From NCBI GenBank assembly GCA_002104945.1, contig MCFH01000067.1:62001-126000 (forward strand): a stretch of DNA of 64,000 nt, in the 5' to 3' direction. The notes under the pieces are model-generated. The model made no database searches and was not told the origin of the DNA. It saw only the letters and a program-made list of their open reading frames with translations. The position numbers and the translations under genes are program-made. Below, in pieces: positions 25,313-37,420 of this stretch; within the stretch, counting starts at the first letter, position 1, and each line of letters starts with the position of its first letter. The DNA is from Piromyces finnis finn (taxonomy: Eukaryota; Fungi; Neocallimastigomycota).

Positions 25313-27811
25313 TTAAATTTTACCATAAACATTTTCCATAAATTTGTAAACATATTGTGGACGGTTTTGGAAGAATTCACTAATTTCATCCCAACCATCA
25401 GAGAAGTATTTATTTTGGTTGGACTTAAAAGTATCCCATGAAAGGTTTGGAGTACCAAAGTACCATCTCCAGTCAGTTTGAATGATGTAGTCAATGTACT
25501 TGCTCTTATGTTCTTGAACTGTCTTTCTCATTTTGCTTGGTTCGAAAATATCCTTGCTCATAAGGTACATAACATCAGAGAACTTCTTGTAGAATGTTTT
25601 ATTTTTAATTAAAGCAGTGAAGATTTGTGTTGGGAATTTATCCTTTTGACTTTGGAACTTAGTGAAAGAGTCGTGAGCGTAACCCTTAACTCCTCCAAAG
25701 CTATCGAAAGTAATACCAGCAGAGTAATCAAAATCAAAAGCACCATATCTCCACTTACCATCAGCATATTTATTACCACTAATAGCTTCACCCTTGTTTC
25801 TGTAAACAAGATAGTTACGGTTTGGCCAATCCCAAATACCAAGGTAGAAACCAGTGGCATAACTGTAAATTAAACTTTCAATATCTAATTTACTGGTGAC
25901 GTAATCGTAGTTTGAAGAATTGGTAAGATCATTGCTTTCACAGTATTTGACTAAATCTTTGAATTCTTGAAGATCTTGTTCAGTACCTTCTTCTAAATCA
26001 CCATTCTTAATCATAGCAACATTATCCTTTGGAATACTGTAATTATCCTTGATGTAATCAGCAGAAGCTTTTTCAACCATATCATATAAACCCCAGAATT
26101 CACCATCAAGGAATACAACACAACGACTACTATCAAAAGTAGCAAGGATTGGAGAATCCTTAAGAGCACTTTGAACAATAGCTTCTCTCATTCTATCGAA
26201 CCAGTAAACACCACGAAGACTGAATGAATCATACTTTGAAATGGTTTTACCATCAATAACGTTGGTATTATTTTCAACGATTTCATACTTTATTTTAGAT
26301 TCACCATATTCCTTACGTGGGTAAATGTTGAAACCTTTAACATGGTGATTACGAGTAGAAGCACCCTTAATACGCATACCAACATTTTGAGTAATAGCTT
26401 CTTTACCATTACGGAAAATGGAAATAGAAGCATCACGTTCCCATGCCTTACCCTTTGAGAAGAAATTAGCAATATTATCGGAATCCCATTCACTCTTTGA
26501 TGGATTGTAGTTTGGACCTTTCTTCCAATCAAGGTATTGTTGACCACAAACATAGATACCCTTATCCTTATCGAAAAGATTCTTTGGATCAGTAACAAGT
26601 GAAACAACTGGAATATTCTTGTAGTATTGAAGTTTGTTTTGGTCCATGATAACAAAAGTTTTAGTGACAACTGGACTCCAACTACCATTAGATAATTTTA
26701 CAGCGGCACGGACAACAGTAAGCTTATCAAATTTAACTGGACTAGCAATGTATGGATTTTGTAAGGTAATAGAGTATGGACTATTATCTTCATGTTGGTA
26801 CTTACTATAAACATTTTCATCAATAGTGTGATCGTACATTTTAATAGCGCCACTGTAAGTCTTTGCAGTTGAAGAAGTGGTTGGGTTAGAACTATCTAAA
26901 GTGTAGTAAACAGTGCCAGAACCACTTAAAGTTAAGGTAAGATTGTCCTTAGCTTCATAGAAACCGGATTCCATTGAGAATTTTGGAAGACTTTGATCTT
27001 CTTCTTGAGTATTTTGATTGTTATTTTGTTGATTGTTTTGGTTTTGGTTTTGGTTATTTTGGTTGTTGTTAGTATTTTTTGGAATGCCACACCATTGACC
27101 ATTTTCAACACCCCAGTCACCTTGGCTGTCAGAGTAAGCAACAGCAACGTTACTACCTTTACAACATGGATAATCTATAAAATGATTAAAAAAGTATTTA
27201 ATATAAAATAATAAAATATACATTTTATTAAATTGTTCATTAATTGCTAATAAATATTTAAGTTTTTTATGCTTACTTGGTTCAGACCAACAAGTGGTTT
27301 GTTGTTGTTGTTGTTGTTGATTGGTTTTCTTAACAATACCACACCATTGACCATTTTCAATACCCCAATCACCACTGGCATCTGAATAGGCAACAGAACT
27401 ACCTTGACAACATGGATATGCTTTAATAGTTTAAATTTAACATTTTTAACATATATATGAAATGTTAAGTAATATGGTTTGAAATTATAAAAAAAATTAA
27501 AATTTTATTTATTCAAGTAATCATTATAAAATGGTTTATAGAATTTCAACTATTATAATTTACTTTTTTTTTTTAATTTTAAATTACTTACTTGGAAGGG
27601 ACCAACAAGCAGCATTACTACTATTATTATTACATACAGAATCATCAATACCACACCATTCATTGTTTTCTACACCCCACTTTCCAGAATTATCTTCAGT
27701 GACAACATTACATTTTTGACAGCATTTATATCCCATTGTAGATGACCAGCATGCTGCTTGAGCCATACCAACTAATGATGACACAACGCTAATAATTGTG
27801 TATTTTCTCAT
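25313..27811 (-). CDS. Secreted cellulosomal CotH-like protein kinase: signal peptide, 3 fungal dockerins, CHB_HEX_C-like domain, CotH domain; exons 27811-27592, 27420-27277, 27174-25313 (741 aa)
   Basis: GT-AG introns join in frame (2226 nt). Dockerins CW...GYxCC...[10 protein letters not shown]. CotH motifs [37 protein letters not shown]. Confidence 0.9.
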
Positions 27812-29199
27812 TGTAACGATTCTTTTATTTATTTTTCAAATTATATTACTTTTTTAATTTAATATCAATAACTTTTATAATAATTTTGAGTTTATATTTA
27901 TTATATTTCAAATATAATATAAATAAAATCAAAAATATACGAATATTAAGATTATTTTTTATTTCATTTCCTTTTATACGTTTAATTTGACCAGTATTCA
28001 TTAATTTTAAATTATAAAAAAAACTTTTTTTAAATTTACTATTAATAAATTGATGTATCCACTTGGGTAATAATATCTTTTTCTAAAATCTTATTTATAA
28101 TAAAATAAAATTGTATCATATTGAATAAAAAATATTGATCTTTGTCATTTTTTATTTAATAAAGTTTAGGAAAAGAAAAAGATATACTATAAAAAACTAT
28201 ACAAATTAAATTTAAACTTTAATAAAGAAGATAAGGAATAATAATAAAAGTAAAAATTATTATGATCATAAGAATTAAATAAATGTATTAAGTAATATGT
28301 ACGTAATGTAGTAAATTTTATGTAATGTACTGAAAATGTAGGATACACTATAAATAGTGTTCCACTTTTATAATAATATGATATTAAATTTTGTATCATT
28401 ATTAATATTATTAACTTTAAATCCATAGGGCTTATTTCTATAGGTTATTATAATAGGGAAAATAGTAATATTAAAAGAGTAAAAATGGTTGAAAAACAGC
28501 TCAATTAAATAGTTCATAGCACATCAAATAATTAAAAGAATAAATTAAAGGTAAAACAAAACCTTTCTTAAAACGTTTATAAATACACTTTTGAACCCTA
28601 TCAAAGAAATAAATAGAAATAAAATTTATTATTATTATATAAATTGATTTTAAATATAATAATAATATTCATTTAGTAAAAAGAATAAAATTATGATATC
28701 CATGATAATTGAAATAATAATAGTTATTAATAATAATTAATTTTTCAAATTAATTAATAATTCATTTATATAATAATTAATAAGTTATTCTTATGATAAT
28801 ATGATCATTTATAATATAACTAATAGTATCTAATAGAGTATGTATTTAAATAATGTATAAATTATTCATAAATAGAAATAAAAAAACAGGATTATATTAA
28901 TGTTTTATCTTTAATACCGTTTTGTCTATTTTAAAAATTAATGTTTTTTTTATTCCAACTCCACAAAAACAAAATATAATTTTAAATAAACATTTAATAA
29001 TAAAACTTTATTTATCATTTTTATAATTAAAAAGTTTAGTTTAATCAAACTTAAAAGTAATTATATGGCTTTATATATATATTACATGACTTGACCTAAA
29101 TTTATTAAGGTATTTTAAATTATTCCAAATAATTCTAATAAAAATAGTATATCTTTTTCATCTTTTGATTTGATCCTAAATTTATGGAAACTTTGTAAT

Positions 29200-30010
29200 A
29201 TTGAAAAAGTTATATTACATTCTGTCGTTCGGTTACTCTTTATATGATGAAATATTAACATTGAATCTCTGTACGGAATATTAGAAATGTTCCTTTACAA
29301 TAACGGTAAGACTTCAAACGTAAATTTAGCTCTTGATTACGTTACTAAACCTATCAAAAAGTAGTTACATTGAGCTACTAATGATAGACATTATTTTCAT
29401 AAGTCTCTTATGTAGTGAAAATGATTCTTTGGCCTAAGAGTAATGAGGCATAGCAGGAATAAGTCTGACGAGATCTTTAATAATACAGTTTGATTATCTC
29501 CATTTAGCATAGCATTTCACTTGTTGCCCAGCACAAATACCTGAAAGAGTAAGAATCTTCAAATCTCTTGTAAGACCCTACGAACTAATAAATGAATTTC
29601 ATTCATAAATAAAATCATTGGTATCTAGATTTTTATTATGAAATCTATTGCCATTCCATATAATAGCGGTGTTGATTAGTAATTGAACTCCACAAGTTCT
29701 AATTTTTGTAATGGAGCATAGTAATAAACTTTACTAAAAATATAATCATTCATTCCTTTATTTTTTAAATCAATAGGAACACAGTTGTTGGTGAGAAAGC
29801 TCTTAAAAGAGAGAATAAAGATTTTTGAACTTTTTATATTTTTTATACTTGTTTAATAAAATAGGAGTAATAGAAAGATCTCTGTCGAAAGGAATTCCAA
29901 GACAAGTATAGCAAGAAATCCATAGAATTAAGTATATACCCATGTAAAATGTTGGGTCTACATAACTAGGGGTTTAGGAGATCTGTTAAAATTAATAGGT
30001 TAACAACAAC
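29200..30010 (-). mobile_element. Degenerate, internally deleted LINE family 2 fragment
   Basis: catttcacttgttgcccagcacaaatacctgaaagagtaagaatc and aacctatcaaaaagtagttacat align to copy B (about 9320-10000). A YLGIPFDR-like RT end lies near 29880-29910. Confidence 0.75.
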
Positions 30011-31437
30011 AGTTACACCCTTAATTATAACAAAAGATATTTCATTTAAAAAATATTCTTAATTGAATTGAATATTTGTTGAAACTTATTTTAATAAAAC
30101 TTCCAGCAGGCTAATATTATTTTTTTTTAATTTTTTTGTTACAAATGAAAACACTAAATAATTTAATTGAGACCTTTTTAATTTTTTTATTGAAAAAACT
30201 GTGATACTATTTTTTTTTTCAATAGAAATAAGACCATTAATACTTCATGTTATTTGAATGATAGGATCAAAATGGAGGATTCTTTCCAAGTAACCCTATT
30301 TATTGGCTGCAATTTGTAATTTGACGCAAGATTTGCATAGTGCACTTCACAAGATTAAGTTGCTCTTGATGCGGAAAATAAATTCATACCATTATTGTTC
30401 ATAATGGTTGAAACATGAGAGGACAAATAACTTAGTTTGGTAAGTATTGTAAATCTTTTTCAAACTAGTCTATATTTTTTGTTTCTAAAATATTTGCCAA
30501 TAGAAATAATATTAGCTTTATTTAAATTGAAATTAAATTTATTTTTAATAGAATTTCATAAAGTTTAAGAATTTTGTTAGATGAAATATCCGTTAAAGTA
30601 ATTCTCCATATCACTACTACATACAATTTAATTTTTAAAATAAAAATTTAAATAATTTTGATTCATCAATTGCTTTTTTAATCATTTTTATATGCATGTT
30701 TTTTAAAATTTTTGAAAAAAGTTTCAATTTTATTTTCTTTTAAATTGTGATCTATCATGTTTTTAATGTGTATTTTCGCGTAATTTAGATTGAAAACAAA
30801 ATAGAAAAAGTAAAATTAAATAATTAAAAAGATTAGAATTAATATTGTACCAAAGATACATATATATAAAATAACTAAATATACATAAAATAATTAAGTT
30901 GAATTATAAAAAGAATACATAAAAAAATAAAAAGTTATTTCTATAGTTTTAAAAAAAATAACCTCAATAATTTCATTCACCATGAATTGTTTCTTTCAAA
31001 CAACTTTGAGTATTATTCTTTACTTGAATTTAAAAATTCTAACAATAAATTCAACAAAGAATTCCATACCTTAACTAATAACAAGCTTTTCTACTAATTT
31101 TATTTAATTATACCAGAAAAAAAAAAGAAAAAAGAATAAATAAAATTTATTATAAATAAATATAAAATAAAAAAAAAAAAAGCTTTTTTGTAAACTATTT
31201 AATTAAATGATTTATTAATAGATCTTTCATAATAAACTATTATATTTTAATCATAAAAATAAATTTGGATAGAATAAAAAATATAAAATAAAATAATAAA
31301 AAAAAATATAAATCAAATTATCATTATCATTATTAGTATTATTATCATTATCAATTATAGCATACATCATGTTTACTATGTCATTTTAGATTGAGGTAAT
31401 AATAAAATTTGAAAATTACAGAGAATCCCTTTGAACT

Positions 31438-33776
31438 TCAACAGTAACCTTTATGGTGAGATTTCCATAATTTATGGCATTTTCCTTTATCACATTTTCC
31501 ATATTTACTTTGACAACCTTGTTTAACAGAGCAATAACTGCTAGTAGTTCCACAGTATCCCTTAGCACTACAGCATTGACCTTCAGGACATTTACCTATA
31601 CCTTTACCACATCTAATTTCACAGCTATCTTTTTTGATAGTATTATCACACATTCTTTAAATATTAAAATAATTTATTATAGAATATATCATATTTATAT
31701 ATATATATATTGGTGTATTTGTATATTGATATATATTTATACATCAAAAATAAAATATAAATATAAAATTAGTTATGAAAATAAAATTTAATAAAAATAA
31801 ATACTATTAAATCTTTTTTTTTTTTTTTAACTTACATTTCATTTCCATTTTGTAATTTCATGTCCTTGATATCTTCACAATTAATGCAATTATCAGATAC
31901 GTTACTATTAAATAATATTATAATATAATATATATATAAATATGTAAATATATTTTTTAATTTTATATAAAAAATTATAATATTTTTTTTTTACTTTTGA
32001 TATTTACAAAGCATTTAATTTAGTCAATTTTCCAATTTCAGAAGGAATGGATCCAGTTAATTGATTTTCAGATAAATATCTATTTTGATTTATTAATTAA
32101 TTAATATTTGTTTTGAAATATTATTTTATATTTCAGTTTATATAAATATTTTAATTATTACAAATGTTCCAAGTTAATTAAATTTCCAATTTCAGAAGGA
32201 ATAGATCCAGTTAATTGACAGCCTGTTAAATACCTATTTAATTTATTCATGAATTAATAAATATTTTAATGAGTAAAAAAAAAAGAAAACTTAATTTTAT
32301 TAATAAAATTATATATATTTCAATATTTACAAAAATCTTAAATTAATTAAATTTCCAATAACTGAAGGAATGGATCCTTTCAATTGACTACTACTTAAAA
32401 ATCTATTTAGTTCATTTATTTATCAACGAAATAGTTAATGAGTAAAATTTTTTTTATTATTTTAATTATAAATATTTTTTATTTTTTGTTAATAGTTACA
32501 AAGTATGTAAATTAGTTAATTTTCCAATTTCGGAAGGAATAGATTCCACTTGAATGCCAATTAACCATCTGTTTGATTATTTTATCAATTAGTAAAATTA
32601 ATTTTATTTTTAATATACATTTTTATTACTTACAATTCTTTTAATTCAACTAAATTGCCTATTTCTTTAGGTATTTTTCCTGTTATATTATTCCAAGACA
32701 AATCTCTATTTTAATTTATTTATTTATCCATAAATTATTTAATAAGTAAAGATTATTTTGATTTTTAAAAAATAAATATACTTAATATTATTAATATTTA
32801 CATATAATTTAACTTTGTTAAATTTCCAATTTCTTTAGGAATTTTACCAGTCAAATTATTCCCAGTTAACCATCTATTTTAATTTATTTATTCAGTATAA
32901 TAAAATAATTAATAAGTAAAAATTATTTACTTTGATTATGTATAATATAATATAAATATTTTTAATTTGTCGAGTGTTACATTTTTTCTAAATTAGTTAA
33001 TTTTCCAATACTTGAAGGAATTTCGCCAGTTAGTTGATTAACACCTAAATGTCTATTTAATTCATTTATTCATTAATAAAATGGTTAATGAGGTAAATAT
33101 AAACTTTTATTCTTAATTATAAAAGGTATGTATATGGTTTTTAATATTTACACATTTTTTAAATTAGATAATTTTCCAATTTCTGATGGAATGGGTCCAG
33201 TTAATTGATTTTCATATAACCATCTATTTTCAATTTATTCATTCATCAATATAATATTTGATTAGTAAAAATAACTTCAATTATATTTATAAATATTAAA
33301 CATTATAAATATTTTCTTATATTTACAATTTTTCTAATTTAGTTAATTTTCCAATGGTTGAAGGAATGGATCCAGTCAATTGAATTTCAGATAAATTTCT
33401 ATTTTATTTCATTTTATTTCATTTTATTTCATTTTATTCATTAATAAATAGATAATGAGTAAAAAAATAATTTTTATATTATTATAATAATATTGTTGTA
33501 GTATATCATACTATATATTATTAATAAATATTATTACATTTCAGTTATTCGGCCATCATCATTACATGTAATACCAAAACTGTCATCTTTTCCAAAATGA
33601 ACATTACAACAACTATCACCTTCAAATGGTATATTAGTTTGTTCTAATAAGCTTTTAATAGCTTTACAATCACCTTTTGATGCTTTCTTACCATTTTTCG
33701 ATAATTTATCAATGGAATAAGAAAGTGAAGTGCTAGACACAGCCAAAATAATACCTAAGAATTTAGACAGCTTCAT
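31438..33776 (-). CDS. Secreted LRR-CBM18 protein (389 aa): signal/Cys-cap exon 33776-33538; LRR exons 33398-33327, 33223-33152, 33052-32981, 32873-32802, 32705-32634, 32568-32500, 32402-32331, 32233-32162, 32079-32008; cap exon 31904-31836; CBM18 exon 31654-31438
   Basis: Every internal exon is AG/GT bounded, 72 nt (two are 69), phase 2, and encodes LxxNqLtGsIPseIGkLtnLxxL. The total is 1170 nt, in frame, with no stops. Confidence 0.88.
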
Positions 33777-34490
33777 TATAAATAATAATTTGCGTTTTTC
33801 TTAAATGTTTCTTGATAAAAAATCTTTTCTTTTTTTAATGAACAAAAGTTAAAACTTTGGAACAGATAAAAAAGAAAGAAAGAAAAAAAAATGTTAAATT
33901 TAAAATGAAATTTGTTTATATTTTTATTTTTTATAAATCACTTTTCCCTTTTTTATATATACAAAAGAAATATTTATAATTATTCTTTTTCTTTCATTTT
34001 TACGAAACTATTCATTAAAGTATTATGCTTATATGTTCAATTCATTTATCTTTTCTTATTTATATCTTTACTTTTGTATTCTAATTCTAACTACGATTTA
34101 TTCTACTTTTTTTTTTTTTATTTTTACATTCACTAATAAATACATTGAATAATTGAATAATAATGTAAGGTGTCTTTTTAATATTTCATAATTGAATATA
34201 AAAATGTAGAGACCTACCTTTTATTAATAAATAAGTCCGTTGATTTTTACCTTTTACCTTTTGCCTTTTTTTTTTTTTTGACAGAGAAGAAAGAAAGAAA
34301 AAAAAATTCGCAAGCATTGAAAATTTATAGATGGAAAATTCATTTAATAATTAATATAATTTAATAAATTACAATCCTATATTAATATATATCAATTATT
34401 AATCTTTAATTTATTTTAAATATATAAATTTATATTGTTAAAAGATAAATTTTGATAAATTAAAAAAGAAATATTTTGAAATATACCTAT

Positions 34491-34901
34491 ATTTATTATA
34501 ATTTAAATATTAAAATAAAAATGTTATCATTATATAATATTATATATTTTTTTAATTATTTCTCTGTTATTAAATAGTAAGAAATATTACTTTTGATATC
34601 ATTTGTTTTAATACTACAACTATTATTATATTTATTATTTATTTATTATTCTTATTATTTATTATTTATTAATTAAATATTATTTAAATATTCAATTTTT
34701 ATCTTCTTTTTTTTTTTCATTTCTTTATTTCTTTAACCAATCAAATTTCAATATTAAATTTCTTTCATTAATTAAAAAACTTCTTTAAAAAAAAAAGAAA
34801 TTCTTTAAATACAGAAAAAAGAAATTCTTACAAAATCTTTCGAATGAATAAAATTTTAATTTATTATTATTTAATATTATTAGTATAAAAATGTAGTTAC
34901 C
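34491..34901. repeat. Second copy of the 411-bp duplication (18581-18991)
   Basis: Direct sequence match. Confidence 0.9.
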
Positions 34902-35339
34902 AATGTTAATACTACAAGTAAAAAAGGTGAATCTACTTTATTTCTTATTTGGCTAACAAATAATGTTGAATGTGTACATTTATTAATATTGCTTTGTGTT
35001 GAAATTATCCTAATAGAAATATCAACTTTACAGGAATCATCAATTATTTATAACTCTATAGAACTTTAAAGGTCAATAGCAAAATTAAAATTTTTCAATT
35101 AAATTTAGAGTGTAATGTAATAATTATTTTAATATTCTATGAACTTTAATACCATAAAAATATTAACAATATATATATATATATTGATTAGAAGAGAAAT
35201 GGTGATCAAAAAAAAAATTCTAAAACTGAAATAGACAGGATTATCAAAAATCTTGAAAAAGATAAAGCATAATAAATATAAATTATATTAAGCCTTAGTG
35301 AAAAAAAAAAAAATAACATGTTTTTATACTTGTTTGATA

Positions 35340-36705
35340 AAAAAAATAAACATATTTAATTTAATTACATTAAAACTTCCTAAATATTTATCCCAATTTT
35401 CTGATTTTGAAATTTTTTTATCCATAAAACTAGTTATTTTCGATTCTTTATAACTATAATAAGCTGAAAGCATATCTACTATTTTGGTTTTCCCAAATCT
35501 TCTAGGTCTTGAAATACAAATTTTTCTTTCTTTTTTAATTAAAGTATTTATTATTCTATTTATTTCAATAATAAATTCTGTTTAATCAACATAAAATTCT
35601 CTTTGTGAAAATTTTTTAAAATTTTTTTTCATCAGGATTAAATATATTGTTTGTTGTTTTCTCTCTCGTATAATTCCACCAGTCAGCTTTAGAAATCAAT
35701 TTAAATAATTGATATAATTCTTTATTTGGAATGGATATTTCATTATTATATTTATCATAATTTAAATACCCTAAATGGACAAGTTTCATTAGATTGTTTT
35801 TTCTTTTTGAAAATGAATAAATATCATTTTGATACAATAATGAATCTACTTTTATTTTTTTTTATCCCTTTCTGATTCTATTAATAAAGTAATAACATCT
35901 TTTAGATTTTCATAATTCTTTTGAATAAATTTAGCAAGTAAATCATAATAATCATTATCCATTTGATACCTCTTAACAATATTATTTTTTAAGGATTCTA
36001 AAATTAAATATGGAGAATATATTTTATATATTTCATTTGAAAAATTATCTATTAATTGATAACTGCTATAAGAGTCTTTCAAATCCTCATATTTTATATT
36101 TGATATACTTTGAGTTTTGACTAATAGTTCTTGAACTTCATCATCAGTATAGCCAAAATATTTTGCAGTCCATCCAGGAAGTATATTTGAATATTCATCA
36201 AACATTTTAAGATATGATGATGCTTTATGTATGTTTATTGGAAAAGTACCTGTTATAAAGGCGAATGCTGTGTATCTATTATTAAAATTCTTTAAAAAAG
36301 AATTTAAAAAACCTAAATACTTTTTTATATTTTCTTTTTCTTCAGTCTTTTTTATTAAAACATAATCCCAATCATCAATAACAAAGATAATTTGTCTTTT
36401 CGTTTTTGTAACTATTTCGTTGAAAACTCTGGATATATATTTTACTTTTAGATTTTCAAAATCTTTTATAGTATTTTTTACTTCATCAATAATACAATTC
36501 TTTATTTCTTCAATACCTTCTTCAATACTACATTCTGAAAAACATTCACTCATAGTTAATCTAATAACATTATATTCATTTAAATACTCTAAATTTTTAT
36601 CGTTTTTATTTTTATCAGATGTTTGATTATGTTTATTATAATATTGACCTATCTTTTTATCCTTAAAGATTGTTGTTTTTTCATCTGAATAACTATAGAA
36701 TGATC
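35340..36705 (-). pseudogene. Tandem AAA-ATPase-like (PF09820-type) domains with frameshifts and a nonsense codon
   Basis: Domain 1: LNEYNVIRL, IFVIDDWD, FAFITG, YFGYTDDEV, LVHLGYL, IPNKEL. Domain 2: FYVD*T (TAA at 35584-35582) and Walker A SRPRRFGKT (about 35486-35512). Frameshifts fall in A-runs near 35860 and 35625. Confidence 0.75.
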
Positions 36706-37420
36706 CTATAATTTATAAGACTTTATTATAAAAATAAAAAAAATAAAGAAATAACTATTAAATGATAGTTATTAAAGTATAAAATAATTTAGATGTGGGA
36801 AAGTAATAATGTAAGATAAAAAAAAGAAAAAAAAAAAAATTAAAAATATTTTTAACAAAACAATTTTTTATAAATACAGCTTCAAATATAAATAATTTAT
36901 TTTGTTTTAAATACAAATTAGAAATACTTCTCTAAAATTATTACTTAAAGCTAAAGAATAATATTTATAGAAAAAATGCATCAGCTTATAAATAGGTGTT
37001 GTATAAGTATTTTTTAAATACATATATTTAATTATAACAATAATAATTAAAAAATTAATGCCATTTAATTAAAATTAATTATTAATTATAGAATCATAGT
37101 GATATTCTTTACATTTTTTTTATGAAAACTAAATAATACTTATATAGTTATTCTATTTTTTTTTTAAATATATATATATATTAATATAAATGCAATTTTG
37201 TAAAAAAAAATTTTTTTATTTAAATAGGCATTACAACAAAAATACAATTCTTTCTTTAATAAAAATGAAAATTATATTTAGAAAAAACAAGAAAAGGAAA
37301 TCAAAATTATTATTATTATTATACAATTCATAGATGTATTCTTTTGCTTGTTTTTGTTATATTATGCATACGAAATAAAATATCGTTATACAACAGCCTT
37401 TTTTTTTTTTTTTTATCTTA

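Noticed and set aside
30190-30440. Possible coding or transposase remnant (relatively GC-rich patch)
   Set aside because: No recognisable motif or open frame could be supported.
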